DNA of 64,000 bases from Eledone cirrhosa (Eukaryota), in NCBI GenBank assembly GCA_964016885.1, contig OZ024745.1, forward strand, positions 131,130,001 through 131,194,000. Reading direction: 5' to 3'. How positions within the stretch are numbered: the first letter of the stretch is position 1; each line of letters opens with the position of its first letter. The notes beneath the pieces are model-generated. The model saw only the letters and a list, made by a program, of their open reading frames with translations. It made no database searches and was not told the DNA's origin. Of the stretch, positions 51,288 through 64,000 are shown one piece after another. Made by a program: the position numbers and the translations under genes.

Positions 51288-52454
51288 GTAAGTTACTTTA
51301 CATCTTTGTATTTATTTACTAACTGAATATTTTTTTATAATGGAGATTTACAGAATTAAATCTGTATGAATGTGTTTGTTCAAATTTAGAATTAATTTAT
51401 GAATATTTAATTTTGATCAAAAATTGAATTTTAAAAATTTTTGAAATTTGAATTGAAATTTTGTGCATTTTAAAATTCTTTTAGAGATTCTAATTTAAAT
51501 TATAATTATCATAATTATCATTTCCTTAAAATTCATTTTAAAATTAAATTCATAACATTTTCATGATTTTTATTTTTTTTTATTTTTTTACTTTACTAAT
51601 CAATTTTTACCCATGAACTTGGCTGGTCTCGCTTGCGGATCCAGCCAGATCAATTGGTGACAGTGGCTCTGACAGAATCTACTGGAAGGTATGCTTGAGG
51701 GCTCTGCCCCAACAACCCTCCCAGGAATAAGTGGGCAGAGGACTAATCAATTTTTTCTAAATAAATACGTCGCGGGTTTATAAATTTGAATTTAAAATTT
51801 GGAAAATCAAATGTAGAAAAAAAATCTTAAATAAAAATCAACAATTAGTAGTCTAATAAAGTACAGCACTGTAGCTAAGATTACCTCACAGTAAATATGC
51901 ACCATTGCGAATCAGTGTTTGTAATAGGGAATTTGTATAGTTAATGTTTCAATAGCTTGCCATACTGAGCTCAAATATTCCCTTGAGTAAAATGTAATGT
52001 AACTTCAGTTATAAAGTACTGCAGTGAAAAAAAAAGAGGCACGTGGCCTAGTGGTAAGAGTGTTGGATTTATGATCATAATAACGTGGATTCAATTCCTG
52101 GGCTAGTTTGTGTGTTGTGTTCTTGAGCAAAACACTTCATTTCATGTTGGTCCAGTATACTCAGCTGAAAATAAGTACCAGCAATAGTTGGGTCTTTAAC
52201 CCTGTGATGTATTGGCATCCTGTCCAGGGGAGAGTCTTGTACTCTCAATCACTTCATGTCATGAAACCAGGATAAACCTGACAAGCCTCCTGGCTTGAGA
52301 CAGACTTAGAATGAGATTGCTATCTTATGTTCACCACCAGTACACTTTCATGATAATTTATACAATAATATATTTTCATCAAGGGTATCACAGCAAATCA
52401 ACTCTGATTTTTTTTTTTTTTTTTCATGTTTCTTCATTTTTACATTTATTCCAG

Positions 52455-52557
52455 TTTCGAGTCACAGGCAAGAATCTCCTTAACACCTGTAAATTAGTAT
52501 TTAAAGTCAGCCGCAATGAACAGAATGACCCTTTATTTTTGAAAGGACACATCCTAG
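52455..52557 (+). CDS. ARMC2: ARMC2 coding exon 8
   Basis: FRVTGKNLLNTCKLVFKVSRNEQND matches recalled KNLLNVCKLIFKISRNEKND. Confidence 0.93.
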
Positions 52558-54510
52558 GTATTATAGTTTTTTTTTTTCTTTTTCATAATTTTTGCTATAT
52601 AGTTTAAATTTATTCCTAATGAGGCCTAAAATTTTAATGTTTTTCATACAAAATTTTACAATTAAGATTGCTGATATTTCATTACTACCTAATGCTGTGA
52701 CACATTCTCTGCCTTCAATTTAGTCGCTTCGGCCTCAAACCCCAGAATTGTGGCCCACAATACAGAGGCTAGGAAGACAAGAAAATGCAGGGGTTTGTCC
52801 AACCTCTTTGTACTGGTTGCCATTAAGACTTCCGCAAAATTGAAACAACAGTAGTCCATATGAAGAAGGAGCCCTACAGTGGATGTCGCTGCCATTGTCC
52901 ACGGAGCACAGCCAAAACACCAATCTAACACCCTCATCTTTCCTCCTTTCTTTATTCATTGCCTAATAGCCCTTGCTCTTCTCCTCCTTTTCCTCTCATT
53001 TGTGGCACTTATAGTACTTTCATTGCCATCATTTTAACATGTTTTCAATGCTGGCTTGGGTTGGATAGGTCTGCCATTTGTCATATTGCCACTCTTTGTA
53101 GCTCTTTGTCATTTCATTTTTGAGGTCCAACAGCTTTATCTCTCCACTTTTTTCTATGATGTTTTTGGTCTTCTGCTGTTAGAACGGGGCTGTATATGAA
53201 AGCTTGTTTATGTTTAATAAATATACGAAAGTCTCTATGAATGGGATTCCTTTGAAAGGTCTTTGGAGTAACATTATTAGATATACTACATAGCTTGGAG
53301 GTCAGGGAGTTACTCCCAGTAGAGCTGCTACTTCTCCAACTTGAGAGATCACAGCTCTGATTCTACAGGCATATGGTTAGAATGTCTAAGGAAGGAATCA
53401 CTGAACAGATTTTATGGGCGAAACCAAACTGGCAGGAGACCCTGAAGTAGACCCCAAACAAGATGATTGGATAACATCCATCAGCTTGATTGGCCCTGCT
53501 TGGAGATCTAGCCAGATCAATTGGAGAGACTTGTTTCTGACAGGTGTGCTTGAGGACTCTGCCACCATGACCGACCCAGGAATAAGTGGCTGGAGAAGAT
53601 GCTTCTGGCTGGTGAACATGTCACAGCTATCTCAGTAGTGGTGAGAATTCATAGCGAGACTCTCATATGTTTATTATATATAAACATATTGTATATATAC
53701 ACCCTATGATGAATCATGCTACGTTAATATTAAGTAAACTAAACGAATAATTCTAGTTTTAAAAAAAAATCACCGAAGACAATCTAGAAAAATTACCGAC
53801 CTCCCCCCATCCTATTATTTGAGACCTGAAAGTATTTATTGTACAAGTACTTAGCCAATTGTTAAAGGAAAGTGATATAGTAAGCTGAGTCATCCCTAGT
53901 ATATTACTGCTACAGAATAAGATTGCAGAGTTACCCTTTAGTTACCAACCCAGTCAAAACCTGCTCTGATTCTGTGAAATAAAACCACCCATTTTAAAGG
54001 TTTCCAATTTAAATTAAAATCTTCCAACATAATTTTATATAAGAACCTTATATTAAGTGACTATCTTAGTAATGAAATAATTAATAAATTTAGTAAATCT
54101 CTTGAAATTCTTCATTAATTAATTAAAATAGAGTGTATTTCATTCTGCATCAGTTATAAGCTGTCGAGATACTGCATCCTTTAAAACCTCCATGCTTCCT
54201 GAGATTCACCAACACTACACCTAATATTCCTCCTCCATACACATGCACACATGTATATCATGACTCATACCCTATTAACTTCCCTGACATTTGTATATTA
54301 TTCTATGTACTATAAATGCACCTTTGACGAGTTGTAGTACACCTGAGCACTGTACACAATAATTTCATTATTATTAAATGTGGTCAAGAAAAGGTTAATG
54401 GTGCTGGTAGAATTTGAATTGAGGATGTAGAGTAACAGAACTAGAAACTACTGTTTCATGTGCACTTATATCAACATCTGTGTTATAATTAATATCGTTT
54501 TCTGTTTCAG

Positions 54511-54683
54511 CTCAGCTGCTGCAGGTGGTTACTTTAACTGATCCAGGGTCTTGTTCTGAAGCTCTGACATATTGTGTTGGATCTCTGAAGCTTCTCTCTG
54601 GTAACAGCAGTATTATGAAAGAGCTTGTACACAGAGAATGTATTGAGTTACTTACTTCTTTGCTGCAGTCTATCAATATGGCT
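54511..54683 (+). CDS. ARMC2: ARMC2 coding exon 9
   Basis: EALTYCVGSLKLLSGN..IELLTSLLQSIN; cag| and |gtaagt. Confidence 0.92.
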
Positions 54684-57600
54684 GTAAGTATGATATGTAT
54701 ATATTATACATTTATATTATATGATCAGTGATCACGCATGGAAATTCTAATAGTGTGTTCTAGTAAAACAGTCACTTGGTTACAATAAATGTGTTAATAA
54801 TTAACTTGTTAATAATTAACTTGTTAATAATCAATAATTGGTGAGAACCATGTCCTCGGCGTGATTTGGATACAATTTGAAGCCACTTTGTTTATACTAC
54901 CATGTTAGGGAAAGGCATGGATGTCAAAGCTTCTATTAAGAGCATGGAGAAACCATTCTGGTATGCAGAAGCAAAACAGTTAAATGGATAGAATTTGGAG
55001 GCATCAATTCGAAGGCATTCAATTGTAAAAACCATGTCAAATTAATGGTTGAGAGGAGTCTTCCGCTATATCTATGGCATGATAATCTCTCTAGGGTTGG
55101 TGCAACAATATAACTCTATAAAGTGGTTGGTGAAATGAAGGGCATTCAATTGTCAAAACCAGAATGTAAGCAAGAAATCAGCCCTCAAGCCATCGGTGAG
55201 AGGACAATAAATTTGATTAAGTACTGATTTGGTTCATGATGGTCCAACCTGTATCACCATGGACAAACACTGATGCTGATGCTGATGAGAAGGAGAATAT
55301 GTATGATGTGCTTCTACAGAGTTTCCCTCTATTAAAATTCCATTGACAAAGTATTGATCAATTGAAGACTATGATAGAAGACTCTTGCACAAGGTGCCAT
55401 CCAGTGGAATAAAACCTGAAACCATCTGATTACAAAGCAAACATTTTAATTGTTTCTACTTCTGGCACAAGGCCAGCAATTATCTCAGTGTATTACTGGT
55501 ACTTTATTTTATCAACCCCCGTAAGGATGAAAGGCAAAGTTAACCTCGGAGTTGAACTCAGACTGCAAAATGGTCGTAACTCTATGCTGCAAAGCATGGT
55601 GTCTGACGCTCTACCGATTCTGCCAATCCACTGCAAAGCAAACATTTTAATGACACAACTATTGATTTTTACTATTGGAGATATAAGTATTCCTATTTGT
55701 TTCGCTCCAGATGTAAAACAATTGATTAAATATCATTATTATTGTACCAGTAATGTACTGGGTAATTGCTGGCCTTGTGCCTAAAGTAGAAACAATTATT
55801 ATTGGCAGTAATGGTAGAGGCTTGGACGCCATGCTTTGATGCATAGAGTTACGGCTCTTGCCATTCAGAGTTCAAATCCCGCCGAGGTTAACTTTGCCTT
55901 TCATCCTTACGGGGTCGAAAAAATAATTACCAGTAATGCACTGGGTAATTGCTGGCCTTGTGCCAAAAGTAGAAACAATTATTATTGACTATCTGTTTGT
56001 GCATCACTATTTCAAATCAACTGCAAGTGTGTTATGTGTCGTCACTCTGTACAACACTAGTCTACATAACTGTTTACCAGTCGCGGAATAGGTACTAAAA
56101 TATTTGAGAAAGTTACATGTGATAGATTAGATTCCTAGCCAGGGGAAGTTGTGTCTCTTATCTGATTGACAACATACATTCTTTGTATAAAAATGTAAGG
56201 CTCATGAAAAGATGAAAAAAACAAAAACAAACATACAACAAAAAATCCCTTTTGTGTTGCTGTGAAATGACATTATCACAGCAAGAGATGTTAGGTGTTA
56301 AATATGATACTATACTATCTATATAATCAATAATGCTGTCCATATTTGACAATTGGTTGTTATTATCACCATAGTATCAGTTCAATAGACTTTGTTACGT
56401 TGTTTGTACATGTTACTACGTATTGATTGCTCCACCATTCCACTACAATGAAAACAACTCAACCATGCTGGCGGCAAAAGAAGGAAGAGATAGTAAAAGT
56501 ATCCTTCAAATCTTTAATTATATGATTTATTAACACTAGCCACCTCTCATTCAGTAACTGGATTCCTACATTTCCAGCCCATCACCACCCCCCCCATTCT
56601 CCTTCTCCAGTGTCCCTAGAGCCCTTGTCTTCTCCTTCCTTTTCCGTTTTCATAACCACAAAAGATACTTGAATATTTTACAATAAATTTATTATTACCA
56701 ATAAAACACTAGTTAGTTACAACAGTGGCTTTGCCACCAACTATAGCTGTTAACTACTCTTGATTCCCAAATAATGGGAGGTGTCATTTTTCTAGGTTGT
56801 CTTCGTTGGTTTTTTTAAAAACCAGAATCAGTCATTTAGTTTACATATTGAGACCCCAACTCATCCTATTTATTTTATAACATATGGGATATTTTGTAAT
56901 GTATATTTTTAGTCATGTATAATGTTTTTTAATGTCTAAAGAAAATTAATTATCGCAGGAATGCTACCATTTAAAACAAAATTTCATCGGAGATAGAATA
57001 GTAAAATTTCATAAGTGGGGGGTGGTATCTGAAAAATAAATGTGGGAGGGGTGACCCAAGACTATGCATCTTCATGGGTCCATGAAGGTTTTTACCTTGC
57101 AGTACAACATCCAAAAGCTAAATATTAAATATCACATATTCAGCTGGAAGGTCTGTACCCAGTTATATGATCTTCTGTATCCCTCATGACATACATATAC
57201 ATGGTCCCATAACTCTTGATGGAATTGTAGAGGTGCTGTAGAGGTGCTGCTAAGGCATTTTAAACCTGATGGAGCCCATACCTCTCCAGGTATGAACACT
57301 TTACGGTGTGGACTGGGGACTTAGGTGGGGGAGGTGCACCATGTTTGGGGGGTATAACTGTGTGTATCTGGTTTAGAATAGGTACAGTATATCCCTGCAT
57401 ATCGTAAAAAACAGCTAAAAAGGTTAGTGTTAGGAAGGGCATCTTTTCTTTACAACCTTGCCACTGGGAAGTTAGCTGGTCAAAAATAAACTCAAAATTA
57501 AGAGAAAGAGAATCAGATACATACACACATACATATGCATACATATATATATGTATTCATACATATATACATGCACACATACATACATCATCCACACACA

Positions 57601-58513
57601 CCAACTAGATCTACCTCTCCAATCCCCATACACCTCCCCCACCTAAGCCCCCACTCTACACTGTAAATGTGCTTGGCATTAGGAAGTGCATCCTGCCAAA
57701 GAAACCAAGCCAGAAACAGTTGTGTATGAGCAAGACACAGTCACCTGATCTGGCTTGTCTCACAACAGGACAATGTGTCTAACCCATGCTAGCGTGGTAA
57801 AATGGACGTTACATGATGATGATGATACATACATACATGATGACTGCAACTCGATTTTGAGTAATGCCATTGATACTTAATGCTTGGTACTTAAGTATGA
57901 GCATCACGGACATGACTTTTTAGTCCTGCTAGGGACTTGCCTATGGCCAGCAATGCCATGTACCACAAAAAATGTCACATATCAAGTGATGTCTGTGTTT
58001 GAAGCTTTTTTAAGTGAGGAAAGGATTTGCATGGGGCCAACCCCACTCTCTGAACATGGAATGTATTTACCCCCAAAATAAGAACTGGTCTACACCATTG
58101 GATACAAACAAAGTCGCAGGTTTTATATCAGAGCGACCTTCTCCTAGAGAGATGTCTTAATGAAAACTAGGAGTCTCTCGCTCCATATAAATAAAAACAA
58201 AACAAATTATTGGATGGCAGTTGACTCTCCTGAGTTTCTCCGCCCTTTGACGGATTTTGTTTTTCATCCCACAGGGTGGTCAAAATCACCCTCCTCACTA
58301 ACCAAGCTTGGTGGGGTTGTCAGTTTAATCACCAATGACCCAACCATGCACAGCTTGTATTGGGTTACATGTTACCAGTAGCGCTGAAGAACGATCTGAC
58401 AGGCACACACACACACACAATTAACAGCTGTTCTTCCTTGTTAATAATTTTGATTTAAAACATTTAATGTGTAAATTACTTAATTTCTTCTTTTTCATTA
58501 ATGTTATTTCCAG

Positions 58514-58567
58514 GATCCAGCTGTTTCCAGCACCAATACAGAACAACTTGGACATTTACTAATACAG
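58514..58567 (+). CDS. ARMC2: ARMC2 coding exon 10
   Basis: DPAVSSTNTEQLGHLLIQ|gtgaa matches recalled GHLLVQ. Confidence 0.88.
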
Positions 58568-58819
58568 GTGAAATATGTTATATTTTAGTTACTAGTGTGT
58601 ATGTGTGTGTGTAAGTATGTATGTGTGTGTGTGTAAGTATGTGTGTGTGTGGGTGTTTGTAAGTGTGTGTGTGTGTCCAACTCACCTGAGAGTTTCTTCT
58701 TTAAAGACCTTCTGCTGTCCAACTCACCTGACAGTTTATTACCACTTCCTTATATCTCCAATGTCCGACCATCTTTACTGCATGGCTATATCTATAATTA
58801 CTGATCTTTATTACTGCAT

Positions 58820-60360
58820 CATCATCATCTTCCACGCTAGCATGGGTTAGACGAGAGTTGTCCCACTTGAGGCAAGGTTGGTCGGGTGACCGTGTCTCAC
58901 TCATATAGGACTATCTGGCAGGTTTTCTATGGCTGGATGACCTTTCTAACACCAACCACATTTACAGTGTGGAACTGGGAACTTTTTACCGTGTTACCTA
59001 CACGGCCACATTACAGCGTGGACTGTGTGTTTTTTTTTGGGGGGGGGGGGGGGGGGGGTCGTGACACCTACACGATCTCGATCTCATTATCTCATTTATT
59101 TGGACTGGATGTTGTGGTACCAACTTTACAGAGAGAGGTTGGTGTTAGTGGGAGTAGGTAGGGGTAGGAGATTGGGGTGTATATTTGGTTAAGAGGTCCC
59201 TACTGACTGTAGGTTTCGCTTTGTACATAGACAAGGCGGGTCTTCTGTATTACTGCGTAGGGCCAAAGATCTCAGTCCAGTGACATTGTCTTAGAGAGGT
59301 GCAAGTGTGTAAGGTCGGAATTTATCAAATCGTCCAGGTTTTTCTGGGTCTACCTACTCCGTAACTACCATCAATTTTGATCTCCCTGCACTTTTTTATA
59401 CAGCTGTCGTCTTTCATGCGCATCACATGACCATACCAACGTAGTCTTCTCTCAAGTAAACAGCATCTGATCCCTCTTATTCCTAATTTCTCACTTAGTT
59501 CATTTATGCTTTGCCACTCATGTATATTACTACTACATATCCAACGGAGCATACATGCTTTGTTCCTTTCCCATCTGTGCAGGTCCTCTGCACGTAATGC
59601 CCATGTCTCACTGCCATGTAGCATTGCTGTTCATATACAGGCATCATACAATCTGCCTTTCATTTTCAGAGAGAAACCTTTTGTGGCCAACAGCAGTATA
59701 AGCTCGCTGAACTTTTTCCATCCCGTTCTGACTCTGGCTACTGTACTTTCAGAGCACCTTCCACCACTGCTGATTTTGTCACCCAGGTAACGGAAAGTGT
59801 CCACTATTTCTATAGAACCATCTGGGCAATAGAAGGAGCTAGTATCCTGTGGACACTTGCTACTTATTGCACCTGAGCATTGGCCACATATATAGTCTAC
59901 ATTCTTAGATAGTTTACCTGTGATCCCACTACATCTTTTATGTACCCATACTTTGCATTTGGGACATAAAATGGAATTTCTGCCTACTCCTTTCCTACAC
60001 ACTGAGCATGGCCATTTCCCTGAGGGCACCTGTGCCCTATTTTCCTTTCTACAAACTAGAACTTTAGTCTTAGACAAGTTAACTTTAAGGCCTTTTGATT
60101 CTAGGCCATGCTTCCATGTTTGGAATTTCTTCTCTAGTTCAGCCATAGATTCAGCTATGAGCGTTAGATCATCTGCGTATAGAAGTTCTCATGGCAGCCG
60201 GTCTTAAACTCCTCTGTTATAGCCTGAAGGGCAATAATAAATAGGAGGGGGCTAAGGACAGAGCCTTGATAAACACCAACTTTTACACTAAATTCTTCAC
60301 AATATTCATTGTTAATTATAACCTTACTGACTTTTTCTTTATACATAGCTTGTATAGCAT
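58820..60360 (-). mobile_element. RTE LINE, 3' ~1.5 kb
   Basis: GVYQGSVLSPLLF, GLKVNLSKTK, FRYLG, MLHGSETW, RLRWYGHV, plus the 3' UTR shared with the SINE tails. Confidence 0.9.
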
Positions 60361-62011
60361 ACTGCATATTTTATTATATTGTATTTATACACAAACCTTA
60401 TACTTGTGTATTTGTATCTTGTATTATATATATATATATATATCATCATCATCATCATTTTTTATGTATGCTTTTCCACACTTTCGTGGGTCCTTCTCAG
60501 AACGGCATTTCTCCACATGTTGCAATCCTTTGTCATCTCCTCTGTGAGTCTCAGTGATTTGAGGTAATCTCTAATCTCTAACAACCTCTGCCCGTGTCTT
60601 TCTTGATCTACCTCTACTGTGACTTCTTTCCACCAGCATTTCCTAGTACTTCTTCACCCTACAATTATTGTCCATGCACATCACATGTCCAAACCAAGCT
60701 AAAATGAACACTGCAAAGCATACTATCCAATGTTCTAATGACTCCACCTATGTTATAAGATATTATATATTGTTGTTTCAATATCATTTAGAGTATACTC
60801 TGATTAATGGGTTTTTTTCATGTCTAATTTCATTGAATTGTTATGGTATACTCACATACATTAAGATATACTCACATACATCCCAGTGAAATGGACAACA
60901 TTAAAGGAAGCAATCCTTATAAAAATCCAATGAAACTGGAAAACAGAATAGTTAAAGACAATGCTAACAGCCTGAAATTTGGCTGATGGTTCCCCTCCAA
61001 ACTAATTGTGGAGATCTTGAAGATCTATAGCTTTTTTTTAGAACAATGTCGCAAATAGAAAGAAACAAGAATGAAACTATTTGTACATTCATCAATCCAT
61101 ACATGGAATGGTTGAGTTGTATACTGAAGGAGGAGGAAACCAAAGAAACAAGAATGAAGAGGCAGTATGCAGCAGCAGTACAGACTGTAACCACGGATAT
61201 AGAACCAAAGTCATTCACCCCAACATTGAAGACTACCACGAATAAAAGACCCAGGCTGGCCACCACTGACATCCAAATGTCACCCCAGTGCTACTGCTGA
61301 TACCCCAAATGTCACACCAGTGCTACTGCTAAATGTCAGAAGCCTGATAAATCAGCAAAATCTCCTACCTGAGAGCAATCAAGCAATATGCATGGCTCTG
61401 TGTATGAGCGGCCCTCTCCAAACCTGAAGTGCCCTGGGGCCCCCAAGGTCTAAATCCAACTCTGGCTACTGGAAGAGGCTGAAGGAACTAAAGCTCTAAT
61501 CTCTGGAATGAAGAAAGGAGAGATACGCAGTGATATACATATGGAAGATCCTGGAAAGACGATTATGAAACTTTGGCATTAAGAGCTGGACCAACCCTCA
61601 ACCAGAATGCCACTTTGTAGTGACAATGTTCCCATCCATCACCTCTAAAGTAAGGACCAGATACTGCAATATTGTTTTTATGAAGGGCATCCAACTGTAG
61701 AAACCTTACTATAAATGTAATACACTGACCTGTTTAAGGAGCAGTAACTCTGAATTCAAACTGAGCCATACCATGATAACCTGTCCAACCTATACTAATA
61801 TGGAAAGTTGACATAAAATGACGATGATGATGATATAAACTAAATATCAGTAATATTTCTTGGTCAATTGAATTAATTATATTCCCTTCTACAATATTTC
61901 CCTCACCAGTTTCATAAAATACAAAAAATTTATACTCTTCTGTAGTTACTTCATTTTGTTTGTCTGATTAAAAAAAAAATTACAATTTGAAATATTTGTA
62001 TCACATTTTAG

Positions 62012-62157
62012 TTAACTGCATGTCTACGGAATTTAGTGGATGCTAGCAGCAGCCGGAACCGACTTCTCTCATGTAAACTCATTCCAGCTTTAAATACTGC
62101 TATGGAACTTAATTTGGATGATGGTGACCTTATCCTTAATATATCGAGAATATACAG
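62012..62157 (+). CDS. ARMC2: ARMC2 coding exon 11
   Basis: LTACLRNLVD..TAME..NISRIY; AG|gtaaa. Confidence 0.92.
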
Positions 62158-63338
62158 GTAAAAACTATTTTTTTTTAATTATTGCTGTACATACCAAAGT
62201 TTTTTTTTTTATATAGTTTATAGTTAAACTTCAATTTATAGTTTATTAGTTTTACAGTTTATATTTAACTATATGAAAAGAGAGAATATTTAACCTATTG
62301 GGTCAAGAATATGGACTTTATCTTCTACCAAAGTTCATCCTCTTAATACTATTTAAATGAACACATCTGCTCACAATATCAAACTGAGTCTTAATAGTTA
62401 AGTTAGTGTTAACATTAACATATTTAATGTAAGGAATATAAAAGAATTAACAGCAAAATATTATACAATGAGGAAATAACAACATTAGTCATTAACTAGT
62501 AATATTTTGATTCTTTCACCAAGTACAGGAGATAACTAGACCTCCTCATAGCATCAACTTTACTGTACTTGCTGAAGTACTGGTGAAATAATGACTAAGT
62601 AAATGAACAATAACATATGCTTGTTGGCATAGAAAATAGAAATGTTTTGATAATTTATACTATCTACATGAAAATAAATAGGTAGGCTAGTGTTAACAAA
62701 TGTGGTTGGCATTAGGAAGGGCATCCAGCCATAGAAATCTAGCCAGAAACAGTTCTATATGAGTAAGACATGGTCAACTTGCCTCTAATGGGACAATTTG
62801 TCTAACCCATGCTAGCATGGAAAATGGACGTTAAACGATGATGATGAGTATCAAAATGCTGTAGAAAAAGATTATATTATGAAGAAAAATACAATATTTG
62901 TCATTGACTAATATTGTATTGATTCTTTCAGAAAGTATCTCTTTTCAATAAACACTGACCAATGCTAATATACAAATTACTTTGAAAATCAAACACCACC
63001 AAATTTCTCATGTAAAAATAAAAACTATATAGTTGATATGGTTGTCTACAAGGCATTTAGTAAACATAAATAATATCAATTTTTTTTTTGTTGATATTTT
63101 GAATTTAAAAAAAGACTGCTAAGATCAATTGTTGCATTTCATTCTACTAAATGAACAGAAAATAGCTAAAATGTAATGAGATGAATACCAGTAAAATATT
63201 GTGGTTATTTCAGACAACTATACCACTTTTTTCTATGCAAAGATTGCCAAATTGATAAATACTATTATTAGGATTAGGAATATTTTTGCTAATTAAATCC
63301 GTTTTTTTCTTCTTTTTACTTTCTGTTCTATTTTGTAG

Positions 63339-63438
63339 TAAGGTCAGTCTTCACACCGACTGTTGTGCTGTCCTTGCTGCCCAGAGAAAACATTATCATG
63401 TAGCCTTGAGAGCATTAAACAAACATATAACAAGACAG
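63339..63438 (+). CDS. ARMC2: ARMC2 coding exon 12 (gene continues beyond the window)
   Basis: SKVSLHTDCCAVLA..LNKHITRQ|gtaaa matches recalled SKLTSYRDCCTALA..INKYQKKQ. Confidence 0.9.
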
Positions 63439-64000
63439 GTAAAAACATATCTTATTGCTTGTAAATATCTATACCTTTGAACAATTACATATTTTAAAGA
63501 AAAAAAAGGAAACTTTTTACATTTTATTTGAAATATCTTTGGAAACAGTTTTATATGAAATATTTATTTCTAATATATTCATCTGAAAAAAAAAACACTT
63601 GTAATATTCTTTAACCCTTTCATGTCCACATTTCTAATGGAGTACAATTTATTTCAATTAATTATTGAAGAATTTTGAAGGATTTACTAAAATTATTAAT
63701 TATTTCATTACTAAGATAGTAATTTAATGTAAAGTTCTTATATAAGATTATGTTGGAGGATTTTAATTTAAATTGGAAACCTTTAAAATGGGTGGGTTGG
63801 TAACAAAAGGGTTATTAATATTTTCTTTATACAATGAAGAGCTAAAAATTTATTGAAATTTTGAAAACAATGTATTTCTTTGTAAAATATGTAATATTAA
63901 GAAAGTAGTTTTAGCAACCTCCCTCTAATACCTTTTGATGCAAGCCAACACACTGTCAGTGTTACTGCAGGTAAGGCGAAGGTGCTGGAACAACCAAGCA

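Noticed and set aside
61000-61400. Possible extra ARMC2 exon or transposon protein fragment
   Set aside because: Exons 10 and 11 join directly in frame (GHLLIQ-LTACLRN), and no recognisable motif is present
1-64000. Prokaryotic defence or other bacterial-type novel system
   Set aside because: Spliceosomal introns and metazoan transposons throughout; no operon-like or cas-like ORFs

Overview
Eukaryotic, AT-rich, repeat-dense DNA, most likely from a coleoid cephalopod (Octopus-like; inferred from the repeat landscape, not proven). There are three protein-coding genes. On + are the last four coding exons of SERAC1 (624-5164). On - is TMEM161B, with its entire 485-aa CDS in one exon (9742-11199). 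On + are the first 12 coding exons of ARMC2 (34111-63438; the gene continues past the window). All exons were joined by hand with GT-AG sites and consistent phases. The rest is decayed LINEs (RTE, CR1, L1/Tx1, CRE-like), SINEs, piggyBac-like and hAT-like MITEs, and satellites, several of which visibly grew out of those elements. The most notable unannotated signal is a set of type I hammerhead ribozyme motifs of the Penelope-like-element type, lying in (TA)n-delimited modules in and upstream of ARMC2. Two complete unpaired motifs are antisense to ARMC2. The only complete sense motif sits inside a 338-bp spacer-less palindrome that would sequester it as dsRNA. Homology calls come from recalled family motifs; no database searches were run.
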